Shown in pieces: positions 51,063 through 64,000 of a DNA stretch of 64,000 nucleotides. The notes below the pieces were generated by a model. The model was not told the DNA's origin and did no database searches. It saw only the letters and a program-made list of their open reading frames with translations. Every line of letters starts with the position of its first letter. The first letter of the stretch is position 1. The stretch comes from Eledone cirrhosa (Eukaryota): assembly GCA_964016885.1 (NCBI GenBank), contig OZ024740.1, positions 152,458,001-152,522,000 on the forward strand, given 5' to 3'. The translations under genes were made by a program, and so were the position numbers.

Positions 51063-52550
51063 CCTGGCTGCTAACCAACCGATTTGTTTGCAGCCGAGAA
51101 ATGTTTGCATTCCTCTAAGAAGTTGCCGACCACCACAATTTCCGAGGTATTCAACACCATCAGGCATATGCGGACACACCATTTTAATGTACCTGCTCGA
51201 GGGCATGCCGTGCAACAGTAATAACTTCCACAGTAGTGACTCGAGAATCAGTACATACTGAAGGGAGGAGAGAGGACATCCCTGACGGTACGAGCGCATG
51301 ATCTGAAACGGTTTCGATAGGTGGTCATTTACTCTTACCATTCGCTGTGCATTGAAGCAATAAAGCATCTGAAGACGTGAACAAAACCGGCTGCCTTAAA
51401 AACAGCCACCATGTAGCGCTGGTCGACTCTATTGAAAACTTTCGATTAATTAAAATTTATCAGAGCCCCCAGCAAAGCCAAGTTACTCCCTACCGTCTCT
51501 ATGATGTATCGTAAGAGGTTGAGTTTGTTGTGTATTAATCTGGTCGGTTTTCACATGTGTGAGCTTCCTCTACCAAACTCTTGACAATAAGTACCAAACT
51601 TTTTACTTATACCTAGGCCAAAATCTTTAACTCTGTCTTTTCCTTATCAGTGTTACAACTCCCCGGCTTACAGAACTGGGAAATCTCACGTTCTCTTGCT
51701 AGTTACAGTAGAGAGCTGCGAAGATATCACCGAACAATCCTAGCATATCCATGTAAAACTCATAGGATAGACCATCCAAACCGGGAGATCTATAGCTCGT
51801 ACAGCCCCCCAGAGATTCCCGTATCTCGGCTGGGGTTACCAGCTTTTCGCAATATTCTGCACCTCCCATCGTGAATCGTGGCAGGATGTTGACGCAGGAA
51901 CTATACTCCACCACCGTCTCCATCACCTCACTTGCCCCTAACAGTTGCAAAATGTTCCATTGGAGAGCCGCATACATCTTCTTGGAATAGAGCAGCATGT
52001 ACCCATCACGTTTCGTCAAATACCATATTGTGCATTTATTGCCACGCTGAACCTCTGCCACTAAGGTCCATCTAACAGCTTTCATTCCTTCGTCTCTGAG
52101 AGAACCTATCTTAGCTCTGACAATGTAACTGTCGTTTTCGCGTTGAAGAAATGGTCTGCTGCCATTTTCGTAGCTAGAACGTCGATTGCAATGCCACTGC
52201 TAATTGTTTCTTCCAGTTTAGCTACGAATTCTCCCTTCTGTTCTATTTTTTCTATTGCTATTTCTTTACTAAAAGCTATTAATTTTACTATAATTCCTCT
52301 CTAGAGAGTGTAGCGACACCTGTTGTTGACGTTGTCCCCGTCAACTTTGTTACTTAACTAATGAGCTAATCCGGTTTTTGTAGGCATTACGCCCCGGGAA
52401 GGACGAGTTAACCTAGTCTCCCTCTACGCGTTTTATCCAGATCGACTATGCAGATCACAAGTTTGTGGTCTGAATAGGTGACCGTTTGAAGTTGTGGAGA
52501 ACATACGCTATCTATATATGCTAACCTAATGGAAAATCTATCTAAATATG
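51063..52550 (-). mobile_element. Tx1/L1-group LINE RT region, decayed (probably continuous with 48880-49832)
   Basis: 'RSPGLDGLSYEFY', 'VRVNDHLSKPF...RSYRQGCPLS...VL..E.L'. Confidence 0.75.
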
Positions 52551-52558
52551 ATCTAGAT

Positions 52559-52690
52559 CAGGCATGTCAAACATGCAGCCCGCGGGCCGCATGCGGCCTT
52601 TACAAGCACACCTGCGGCCAGCACAAATGTTTTTACAGCGCGAGCATGTTTTATCTTCGTAGTATAAAATTTAAAAACAGAAAGCTCTCA
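52559..52690 (+). mobile_element. hAT (Charlie-like) terminal fragment
   Basis: caggcatgtcaaac..gcccgcgggccgcatgcggcc preceded by 8-bp atctagat, a Charlie-type target. Confidence 0.65.
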
Positions 52691-54690
52691 AGTGGACAGT
52701 CTCCCAACAAGGATGACATTAAGGGGTTTGCCCTCAACTATGATAAGGAGCTCCACTCCTCCCGTGAAGGTGAATGATGAAAAGGATATTATGTATTATG
52801 TCAGGTTTTATGTGGAGTGTCTCCAAACCTAACTCAGACCAATGTTCTCTCAATGTGGTTTACTTCTAGGAGGATATGTATGCATTCTTTATTGCCGGGG
52901 CGATAATCATGAGGGAATCAGCCAATATCCGAACCCATCCTTCAAGAGAGAGCAGCTTCTTGACAAAACTCCACAATACAGAATGGTTTTAACATTCTAC
53001 ATTGCTAGGGGACAGCATTTTCCTGTCTGTAGAACTTGTCTTGAACCGGCAGTATCATCGGGTAGTATTGCCAGAATAGGATTTTCTGGAAATTATCCAT
53101 AATCTCCAGACTGAAAGACCTCTGAGACAGCCTAGTTAAATTCATCATTATTGCTCATCATTAATTTTTACAGAATGTTAAAGTGTAATTTCCAGGGATT
53201 GCATTGTCCAACCGAGTTAAGGATAGGAGCGCCTGGGAAAAGTCCAGATGCCAAGTACCTATTCACGGTTTTCACTTGACCCAAGACTACAGCTAAGTTA
53301 AGGAAATAAACTGCGAAAAGACGCGCTTGGCAAAAGGTAGCCACATTTGTTCTCCGTCTAGGAATTTTTGTAAATGCTGTAGTTTCAACGAATGTTTTCA
53401 CATCATCAACCACGGCATGCCGAGCTCGCAGCACAAAGGTTGTTGACGGCAGATGGATCGCCTGACTAATGGAACCTGCCACTACCACAAGAAATGTAAA
53501 AGCAGGCAATTCAGCCTGGTGAAGCGTGAACTGGGGCAAGTCACAGGGGTCAGGCGTTAATGCATGACGGAAATAGTGTACGCGTTCGCCACTTCTGCTC
53601 AACCTGGATAGCTTTCTGGATGAGATTGACTAGTTTGCTCGTTACCTTGTCGTCCCAGCTTCGTCCCTACTTGGAAGGCCGAACCAAGACGGACCCCGAC
53701 AACTTAATTGATCCTTCTGTCCAGGTTCCCACGAGCGTATAATCTTAAACAGTTGGAATATGTGGTCATTTACTCTGATCACCGAGCAGATTTTCCTGTG
53801 CATTGACATGATCTAGCCTCCTAAGGACAGTCTAAAATCCGCTGCTTTAAGTACAGCATCCAAGTATCAATGACTTACCTATCGAAAGTTTTCGTTTAAT
53901 CTATATTGATCAGAGTCACACTGAAGCCGCATTTACTCGCTTCCGTTTCTATGACGTGTCGCTGGAAACCGAACTTATCGTGCATAGACATGGTCGGAAT
54001 TGCGATCCTCTGTGCCTTACCGACCAAGCTTCCGACGGCAAATGCCAATATCCTTGCGAGTATCTTGACCAAAATCTTATATTCCGTTTTGAGCAGAATT
54101 ATGGGTGGGAAATTCTCAATTATATTCCCTTTTTTTAATACTTTCTCATCATCGCTACAACTTCTCAGCTTTCAGAACTCGGGATTCATCTGTTTTGCTT
54201 CCAGTTACAGTAGACGACTTGCAAGACATAGGCGAACAAGTCTGGCATAACTGCAAAAAGCTTATTGAGTTGACCATCTAAAACTGGTCGATTTGCAACT
54301 CATACGACTATTTAGGGCCTTCTGCATTTTAGGTGGTATTATTGGCTTTTCTCAGCACCCAGTAATTTCCGTAGTAAGTCGTGCTGGGCAGTCGACATTA
54401 GAATTAAAGTCTACCGTTACACCACTAGACTTAAGGAATTGTGCAAAGTGCCGCTGGAAAGCGGCACATATCAATTTGGAATCAAGTAGCACCCGCATAG
54501 CCTGGCCCATTAATGACCGTATTCTGACATTGTTTCCATGGCAACCTTCGTGTTTCGCGTCGAAGAAATTGTCTAGGGCCATTCTTGCAGCTAGAACTTC
54601 GATTGCAAGGCGACTCCTAATCGCCTCTAATAGTTTAAATATTAATTTCCCCTCCATTCTATTTTTTCACTATCGCTGTTCCAGATTAAA
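52690..54690 (-). mobile_element. Second decayed Tx1/L1-group LINE
   Basis: Homologous to 49400-49800 and 51200-52250 (e.g. 'VLAARMALDNFFDAKHEGC', 'KILVKILARILA'). Confidence 0.65.
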
Positions 54691-55353
54691 AAAAAAAATT
54701 CTCGTTCTTTTGACGTTAGAATTATAACACACAAACAATAGAAAAGCAACAACAAAAAGATACTTGTAAATTATTCACATTAGTTTATTATGAGCAATTT
54801 AAATTATTTCAAATAAAACTTCTAACGCCCTCAGGCAGACAAATAACAAAATTAGACAATATCATTTTTTATGTGGAAATCAGAAACAACTGTAACAATA
54901 GCAGCAACAAGTGAACGAAATTAACATAAAGGGAAGTGTGTAAAGGAACGTTTGGAATTCTTCCGCCTATTCCTCCATCACAATTACCATATTCACCTCG
55001 ACAGGCACCAGCAACATCACCACTATGATCCTCGTCATCATCATCATCATCATTGTCGTCGTCGTTGTCGTCGTCGTCGTCAGCATCATCATCACCTACA
55101 ACATTATTACAAGGATCATGATTCTTATGATCATCACCACAACGAGCATCACCGTTGTTACCACCATCACATCCATGCCCACCACCATTCATGATCCTCA
55201 TCACTATTACCAGCGATATCATCATGCTAATATTTACTGATTGCTCAAGGGTATATTTATTCCAGTTTTAGTACAAATGATTATTATTTCACCAAGAACA
55301 TGCTCACACATGTACTCCCGCCAGCACAACCCCGCACACACACATACACTCGC

Positions 55354-55393
<40 letters not shown>

Positions 55394-55422
55394 CAAAACA
55401 TACACACACACAGAAATACACA

Positions 55423-55467
<45 letters not shown>

Positions 55468-55485
55468 TACCAACACGCTGAACTG

Positions 55486-55612
55486 GGAGAGTTGTTAGGG
55501 TGTCGGATTAAAAATGACTTGGTTTTTGCTCCGGCTCATTGCGCTTTGAGTTCAATTCCAGCCGAAGTCAACTTTGCCTGGCATCCTTTCGAGATCGGGT
55601 ACTAAGGTCGAT
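55486..55612 (+). mobile_element. Diverged SINE related to family A
   Basis: gagttcaattccagccgaagtcaactttgcctggcatcctttcg. Confidence 0.6.
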
Positions 55613-55631
55613 GCTCCACATCTTTCTCTCA

Positions 55632-55663
<32 letters not shown>

Positions 55664-57269
55664 CTCACCCCCCACCCACACCTACACACACACATACACA
55701 CACACACATACACACACACATACACCTACACACACACACTCATTATATCTCTTTTTTATATTTCTCTGTAATCGATTGTATTTAGATTTGGAATCTAAAA
55801 TCAGGTTTAAAATTCACCAATCAAGTCATTTGTCACGATTGCACTCGGGCTAATTCATCAAAGGTTAAGTGCTATTTCTTTTCTTTCTTTTCACCTCTCA
55901 TAATCTTTGACTTAATTTTTGTTAGCTCACGTTTTGTACCCGGATGGTATTTGGTTCTACACGCTAATATTTCTGCTACCAATTGCCATTCGTGTCCCCT
56001 ATTCTACTTTTCGATTATTGCAATGCGGTTGATTCTTCATTTTAAAAAATTCAATATCGTAAAAGAAGAAAATCTAATGGACATATTTCAACGATTAATC
56101 AATACAATAATAATTTCTTGCATAGGCACTATGCCAGAAATTTAAGAATTTATTGTGGTCAGCATTCAGTAATCCTCCCTTTAACATTTAAATGTGAGTA
56201 CAATGATGAGATTAAGAACGACAGGATTTGAACTCAGAACAGTGTGTTTGGACTTAGTTTTAGTCCCTGTTTTACTGATTCTAACACCACACTACCTTTT
56301 TGCGCAAATACATCTGCGGCCCGAGGGTTAATTCGAACTCACGGCTTTATTTCATCCGTCTCGCGGACTTCAGTAAGTATAGAACGTTACATAGAAACAT
56401 TCTTTGTTTCCCTTATAAATCTTTAGAATTCGAACAATAAAATTCAGTTTTGAAATGGTTTTATTTAATTAGTTGCCTCAAATAAATAAATGTTTTATAT
56501 GAATTGTTGTGTTTTGAATTTTCGGGCCGATGTAGTCTAGCAACAAAATATTTATTTTAACATAATTAACTACTGTTATGGTGTTAAGGAGTGCCTGGTC
56601 TTTTGGTTAATTTTGATATCTACATTAAATGGTTGTAATGGAAAATATTATAGTGTAGTGATTAAATAACAAGTTATTTTCATAGACTTGTATGATCATG
56701 GTTTCATTTTTATTCGCCTTAACTCGCAAGACATAAAACTTTTCCTTTGCGACCCTCATACCGCCCCCTGCAGTAATTTATTCATTACTCAGTTCATAAG
56801 AAGACCACAAATTTATGAGAGAAATATTTTTAACAGGAAGTTGCAACGTATATCTTTTGAGATTAACAGAATACGCCACACTTAATTCACCACCTCTGTG
56901 TTCACAAATAATATAAACAGCAGCGTTAACTTCATAAAACTCTTTTAATTATAAAGCAGAACAAATGTTTGATTTTATACAAAACTCCTAGTTCTCTTTA
57001 TTACAGCAACATTACAATGTTGTTTGTTAAAACAAATATCGAAGAATTCTCGCAATTACATTTTAACAGTCGTTTGATTAAAAATTATTTGACAATTATT
57101 TCTATTAATTATAATTTCTATCTAATTTTATTTGTATTTATTCCTCCACGTTTCTCTTCTTTTCTTCTTCTTTGGTGTTCTAGGGTTTCACATTGAATTA
57201 AGAAGCTATTAATGTTGCGAAGATTATCTAACAAAATGCCTTACGACGTTTTTTTATGTCATTCTACGT

Positions 57270-57465
57270 ACACAGTTCAAATCCTACTGGAAACAACATT
57301 GTCCTCAATTCTGGAAGGACAATAAGATAAAGATATTTAGGATATATATAACACCCACAAAGTATGAAACCGTCTGCCCTTACGGAGTCGATAAAATAAA
57401 GCACCAGTGAGTACTGAAATCGATTTAATCGACTTTGCCCTTCCCTTCAAATTGATGGCCTTGTG
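57270..57465 (+). mobile_element. Diverged SINE fragments
   Basis: agttcaaatcc..; ccttacggagtcgataaaataaagcaccagt..gatttaatcgact..ggccttgtgc. Confidence 0.55.
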
Positions 57466-57849
57466 CAGTGTGGGTTTTGGTGGTGTTCTATTGTATTGCG
57501 AGTACTCTTCGTATTATGTGTGCGGTGCCTTATGATTATCATTAGCTCGAAGTTTTCTGTATGTGGTGTTGTTGGGTGTTTTCTTTTTGTTTTTGTTTTA
57601 TTGTGCCTGTGTGTTTTCTTTTGGTTGTGCTGGTTGTGGTTGATGGTGGTTGTATTGCCAGTTGGGGTGGTGGTACTGTTTTAGATATGTTTCTGTTTGG
57701 TGTGTGTTTTCTGGAGTGGATGTTGATTCCTGGCAGAGAGTGTTGTCTGACATTTTGTGTGTGAGTCATTTTAAAATTTATTTCGGTTTGCATGTTTCCT
57801 TTTTCCATTCACTAGCAGAGAAAGAGGTGCATTTGTCTGATAAAAAAAA

Positions 57850-58160
57850 TCTGTGCTGCGAAAACTGAGGCACATGTGAATGGCGTTCCACTGAAGGGTC
57901 TCGGGCCCGTGTTCACGAGTGATGGAAGGCAGTAGGCTGAATTAAGTGCAATAATTGCAGGTACTTGTGTAAGAATGCGTTATCTTCAGCATTAGGTAAT
58001 CAGAAGAAGTGAGGTAGGTGCAAAAGCTAAACTCGCTATCTTCAATTCGGTATTCGTGCCAACCCATACCTAAGGTTATGAATATGGAGTAATGGCCGAA
58101 AGAATTGCTCGTCTGGTCTCGCTTGGGAATCTAGCCGGATCATTTGAAGAAGGTTGCATC
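57850..58160 (+). mobile_element. RTE LINE RT C-terminal remnant
   Basis: 'LG.VFTSDG', 'AKLAIFNSVFVPT.T.GYEY.VM'. Confidence 0.55.
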
Positions 58161-58189
58161 TGACTGGACCCACTGGAGGGAGTGTTTGA

Positions 58190-58784
58190 GGACTCTGCCC
58201 CCACGACCCTCTCATGGGTGTCATATATAGCGTTACCAGATTTTCCTGGACTTGGACGGTAAGTTGGTGGTCCTTGATATGAACACTAGCGAAGGTGGGA
58301 CTTTTATACTGGTGGCCATCTACGCCTTGGCCGGGGCTGGACGGCCGGGTTTCTTCAGGCGTCTAGAAGACTTTCTGGGAAGGTATTGCCCTCTACTGTT
58401 AGCGGGCGAGTGGAACATCTTCACGGACGCACGCAAGGAATATGTGGGAGTAGCTGACAGAACCGGAGGTGAAAAGCCTCAAGTATCTGATTAGCCAGTT
58501 TCAACTCTATGACAGGTACCGACTAGAATTCCTTAATGCGCTAATTTTGACTAAGATCGTATATAGATTGGAGATAGAGATAGCATAGGGTATCCACATT
58601 TCCAAACGGACACCTATTCAGATCATAAATTCGTGATCTGCATGGTTGACCTAGATAAAATATTTAGACGGGACCTGGTTGCTGGAAGCTTAACGTGTCA
58701 TTTGCGGTGCGTAAAACCTTCATAGAGAACTTTAGTTATGCAAATGTTGACAGGGAAAATCGCCAAGAGCAGGTGGTAGGTTGA

Positions 58785-58849
<65 letters not shown>

Positions 58850-59230
58850 AAATCAAAGCAATAGTAGCTTTTAGTAAAGAAGTACGAATAGAAAAACTAG
58901 AAAGGAGATGCATTAGTAGCTAAATTATTAGGGGTGATTGGAAGTGACACTGCACCTGACGGGCTAGCGGTGATAATTTCATTAGACCATTTCTTGAACG
59001 CGAAACATTAAGGTTGCATTGTCAGAGCTATGGTGAATGCTCTAAGACACAAGGGGACGACAGCTGTTCGATGAGCCCGAGTGGTAGAGGTGCTCAATGG
59101 AAACAAAACCCCAATTCGGTCTTTGACGACCGAGACGAACGGATGCTGGTCGATTCCAGACAGATGTGTTTGGTTTTTCAGCACAGTTTGCCCGACTGTT
59201 CGGGGAGAGTGGGGGATTGTATCGGACATG
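58190..59230 (+). mobile_element. Tx1/L1-group LINE APE region, decayed
   Basis: 'DGKLVVLD....TFILVAIYA', 'LLLAGEWN', 'SDHK', 'WKLN'; homologous to minus-strand pieces at 52000-52500 and 54400-54660. Confidence 0.7.
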
Positions 59231-60074
59231 CTTCATTTCGCTCTCAGTTTTGCATTATTTGAATTCTGTTTTTACTTTATGCAAACAATGAACTCTAAAA
59301 ACTTTGGACGCCTGCTTTGTTACCTCAGGTTAGATAAAACGTTCTCTCTTTAAACATCTATTTAATTTAAAAATTGTTTGTTTATTTACAAATTCTTTCA
59401 AATGTTATTCTTCCCATCGCCTGAAGAAGTGATGAGAAGTAATATAAAAAAAAAGATAAAGTAAAAAATGATGGAATTGAAACAAATATGCAATTCCAAG
59501 AACAATCCAGACATCTCTTATCAAAACACATAAAAATCTCAAATAAACAATTTTCTTATGTAAACACAAAGACTGGCGATAGCAAAAATCGCAGAAAATA
59601 AGAAAAAGATCCTTGATAATGTCTTAAGCCGAAAGAAATTTTGAATTTGTGATTATCGGAAAGCTGTACGACGAACCAATTTTAACTTTCAATTAGAAAA
59701 GTCACATAATTCTGCTTCTCGAATGACAAAAAGAGCTTTCAGTGTGCCCATTCACCGAGCACGGCGAACAAGAGTGTATGCCAAGATTTCGAAACCAAAG
59801 CATGACATGGTGACAGACTGAGTTGTTATATCACGTCCCTGCCCATAGACGCACATCATAATACACGGAGACATATAATAGAGGGAACACATCCAAGTAT
59901 ATCGCTTTGGATATCATTACATTACGTGACCAGAAAAAGATACCACCACTTCCAACCTCATCAAGCTTACCATCACCTTACAGACGAGGCTTCGGATGAG
60001 CAGCTATATCTATATTATATCGCCTAAGTTCACATGCAACAACAGCTGCACGTCTTTTTGGATGATATTCACTA

Positions 60075-60263
60075 GGATTGGCAGTAGGGGTAGAGGGTCG
60101 GACGCCATGCTTTGCAGCAAAGAGTTACGGCCCTTTATGATCTGAGTTCAAATCCCGCCGAGGTTAACTTTACCTTTCATCATTACGGGGACGATAAAAT
60201 AAAGTACCAGTAATACACTGGAATAATTGCTGGCATTGTGCCAAAAGTAGAAACAATTATTAT
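60075..60263 (+). mobile_element. SINE family A, nearly full length
   Basis: Matches 32973-33165. Confidence 0.88.
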
Positions 60264-60467
60264 TCAGTAATGCATGCACGTTCCAGCAGAGAATATTTAT
60301 GTTCCAACCAGATTTTCCTTTGTTTTGCGAGGACTAACTAGACGTTTCTCGGTTGCGCCAACCCGACTACACAGAAAAGACTGATATTTTTCTAGAAACT
60401 CCCGGTGTTGTAATTGACAATGCTCTTCATAATGGAGGGTACTCAGACATTCACACAGCAAGCGGCT

Positions 60468-60623
60468 GAAGAAGAAGAAGAAGAAGAAGAAGAAGAAGAA
60501 GAAGAAGAAGAAGAAGAAGAAGAAGAAGAAGAAGAAGAAGAAGAAGAAGAAGAAGAAGAAGAAGAAGAAGAAGAAGAAGAAGAAGAAGAAGAAGAAGAAG
60601 AAGAAGAAGAAGAAGAAGAAGAA
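60468..60623. repeat. (GAA)n microsatellite
   Basis: Direct reading. Confidence 0.97.
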
Positions 60624-60803
60624 TGGATGGATGGATGGATGGATGGTATTAAAGGTGGAGGAAGAGCATGTTCAGGAAAAAGAAGAAAAAGACAAAGAAT
60701 ATGTAGAAAGAAAGGAGGAAAGGAAGGACGGAAATGTAGGAGGAATAAATATTAAAAAGAGATGAGGAGGTCGAGGTAAAAGAAACTGAAAGTAAGGAGA
60801 CAC

Positions 60804-60853
<50 letters not shown>

Positions 60854-61200
60854 GGAAGAAGAAGAAGAAGAAGAAGAAGAAGAAGAAGAAGAAGGAATAT
60901 GATAATGACGGAGTTGGTGATGGTAATGAGGACGATACTAGAGTTACTGACAAAATATATTTTTTCATTTGTTTCTTGATAATGTCGACACCAAAAGTTT
61001 TACAAGTAATAAATACAAACTATATTTCTTTTTTCTCCTCCTTCTTTGACAGGATTAATATATGGTGACACTTCTGGAATATGATTGAGTGGCGGATGTT
61101 TTTGACTATTTTAAGCGCATTATTTGGCTGCAAATGGATGGTTGCAAACATTCCATAAAATTACATCACTGGAAATCACTTTGGGTTTGTACATTCACCC

Positions 61201-61323
<123 letters not shown>

Positions 61324-61569
61324 ATCATCTTCTCTCTGTCTCCACACACAGGAATACAACCACACAATCACACACGTGCCTGCATTTACATAAATAGTTG
61401 CTTTTATATCACTCCGGGTAGGTAACTAGCAATCCATCTATCTTTCGCTTGTAACTAAGCATAAACGCTCTATATTTAAGATAGAAGAATGAAAAGTTGT
61501 AACATGATAGAAGAGTTAGTGGGCACAATTTGTTACATGATAAAATCTTGCTTTACTATGTCTACCCTG

Positions 61570-61940
61570 TGATGTACAGATTTTGTTATCTCTTTATATC
61601 TAAACACTGGTCTAGTCAGTATCTGGAGGAGGTTTATAGAAATCGTTGAAATAAATTTGTATCGAATCAGACATTGTTTACCAATGTCTCTTTTTAGTTC
61701 TCAATTTTTTTAATTTTCTAAATTTCGTTAACGCAGGCCTGTGTTCTTCAGTGTCCATTCTGTAAATAGTTTTGTCACTTTGCATTTATTTGTTCGTGTC
61801 AAATACCCTGCCCACTTCCATTTTTTTTCTTTTTAATGTTCTATGGTGCCTGGTGTTTTTGTTTGCTCTCTTATCCATACATAAGTCCTCTGTCCATTTT
61901 AGTAATTCTTAACATGCATATTTTTCATATCCTTTCTGGG
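61570..61940 (-). mobile_element. Decayed RTE-like LINE 3' remnant
   Basis: Reverse complement 'KKWKWAGYLTR......K...EW'. Confidence 0.45.
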
Positions 61941-62523
61941 TGTTGTTATAGACTAAGAAAGGAGTGGCACAAAATAGTAGAGGTATATAACTAAAGACAA
62001 AGATATGGCAGGAAACACTTCATAAATAGAATGAGAGCTCGTTTTGAATCATAACAGACTGAACTGCACACCTAATTTCAAAATTGCTTTAAATGTTTTA
62101 GTAGAGACACATCATATGTGGCCCACTCCTTAAAAAAAGTAGCTCATGCCTAGTCTAGTTCATATGCTACCACTTATCATTTATCGTGCGAATGGTGTTT
62201 CAAAATTCGTTTACCTTTAAAATATTTTCCTTCTCTGAGTCATGAAATACAATATATTTCTGCAATTTCTTTAGTGATACTTTTGCTTTCAATTCGGACC
62301 TGATTGCACTCACGGAAACCATCAAAATACAAACTATTGAAATGAGCTGATCAACGTAATACAGAAAGTCGGAGGTGTAGCATGTATGGTATATTTTTTT
62401 TAATACCTTCAAAAATCCCTGCAAAAAATATTGTAATAAAAAGGGAAAAAACAAAAAAGATATTTCAGAATTAATATAGTTGATTCCATTTTAAAGCCGT
62501 TGTTGCAATTTTTAGCTAGTCTG

Positions 62524-62608
<85 letters not shown>

Positions 62609-62618
62609 CGGCGGCGGG

Positions 62619-62656
<38 letters not shown>

Positions 62657-62712
62657 CGGCAGCGGCGATGGTGAGGGTAGTAGTAATGGTAGTGGCGGCG
62701 GCGGCGGCGGCG

Positions 62713-62752
<40 letters not shown>
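62524..62752. repeat. (AGT)n/(GGC)n compound microsatellite; a similar tract lies at 63330-63590
   Basis: Direct reading. Confidence 0.95.
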
Positions 62753-62754
<2 letters not shown>

Positions 62755-62764
62755 TTGCTGCTAT

Positions 62765-63253
62765 CATTGAAGTTCAAGGATTATGAAGACATCTCTGATG
62801 AAAGTTAGTATCTCCGATAGAGACTGGGAACAAACTGCCAATGATCGACCTCTGTATATAAAGGGAAAGTACAGAAGAAATTATGAAAGATTAAAAAGGG
62901 ATGTGAAGAATGGCTTGAACATGAAATTCCCGGAAAGAGTGGAAAACTATGGGAGAGCCTTCCTCAGCAAAGCTGGATTAAAGAGTCACAAAAGAAGCCT
63001 TATAAAAAGGGTTTAATGCAGATTACGTTGGTGCGTATGGTATAACAATCTGCCATGGATGTGGTAAAGTCTGTCAATCAGCAGAAAGCCTGAAAGTACA
63101 TGACAACCAGCCATCGATTCTTGTTGCCAAAAGCCATATCTATAACATCTGTGCCAGCGAATGTAAGATTCTTGCTTGCCTAAAAGTCACATGCAGAAGC
63201 ATGTTTGAAAATTTCAAGCGATGGCAATACTTGAGCGGGAGATAGCAGCCATT
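62765..63253 (+). mobile_element. RTE-like LINE 3' end with decayed C2H2-like fingers
   Basis: 'KFKD..KTSL....I...WEQTANDR', 'GRAFLSKAGLKSHKR'. Confidence 0.6.
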
Positions 63254-63352
63254 ATATATATATGTATGTACATAATTTTTAAAATGCTGAAGCAATCTGA
63301 TCAGATTTTCAAATGATGGAGTGTAATTGTGGTGGTGGTGGTGGGCGTGGTG

Positions 63353-63437
<85 letters not shown>

Positions 63438-63531
63438 CAGCAGCAGTAGTAGTAGTAGTAGTAGTAGTAGTCATTGTCGTCGTGAACGTAGTAGTAGTAA
63501 TAGCAGTAGTAGTGGTGGTGGTGATAGTAGT

Positions 63532-63584
<53 letters not shown>

Positions 63585-63819
63585 CAGTATGGCAGTAGTG
63601 ATTGTGTTGCTGCTATTACTGAATGCTCTCCATAACCTCTCCGAAAGATTGTGCGCCATATCCCTTTTCACATTATTTATCTCCATTAATACATCTTGAT
63701 CGACAGCGAATATTGCCATGGACCTTTTGGTCGCGGACAATATTTTGTGAATGTAATGATATATGTAGTTAAGGACGTGTGTAGTTACGTATCAATGTAT
63801 ATATGTATATATGTATGTA

Positions 63820-63855
<36 letters not shown>

Positions 63856-64000
63856 TGGATGTATGTATGTATGTATGTATGTATGTATGGATGGATGGAT
63901 GGATGGATGGATGGATGGATGCATGTGTATATGTATGGAGGGATGGATGCATGTGTGTATGTATGGATGGATGTGTGTATGTATGTGTGCACGTATGTAT

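Noticed and set aside
59410-59440. ctgaaga motif in a small hairpin
   Set aside because: No properly placed GAAA, helix III or UH site

Overview
AT-rich, microsatellite-dense eukaryotic DNA. The SINE families resemble those of octopod cephalopods (inference). No intact host gene is evident, and almost every long ORF is a microsatellite artefact or a decayed transposon. The window is a nest of mobile elements: Penelope-like elements (PLEs; four Naiad-type fragments and one Neptune-type), a short Helitron with both termini, RTE, CR1 and Tx1/L1 LINE remnants, Chapaev-like and hAT fragments, and tRNA-derived SINEs. The main signal is non-coding. I count about 50 type I hammerhead ribozyme (HHR) motifs by eye, from about a dozen sequence families, nearly all next to (TA)n tracts. 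(i) A 7.5-kb near-identical array of a 310-bp HHR monomer is arranged as 11 copies on the minus strand, then 13 on the plus strand (8538-16030). (ii) A diverged 6.7-kb array of a ~530-bp HHR monomer holds 13 motifs (34674-41362). (iii) Several small fold-back elements carry divergent HHR pairs, and one brackets a Naiad GIY-YIG remnant. Several HHRs have a strongly enlarged helix II (45-95 nt). Together this suggests a retrozyme-like system of HHR RNAs copied by PLE machinery into TA repeats with a PLE-style 5' inversion. Ribozyme activity, circRNA production and the mobilising enzyme are inferred, not shown.
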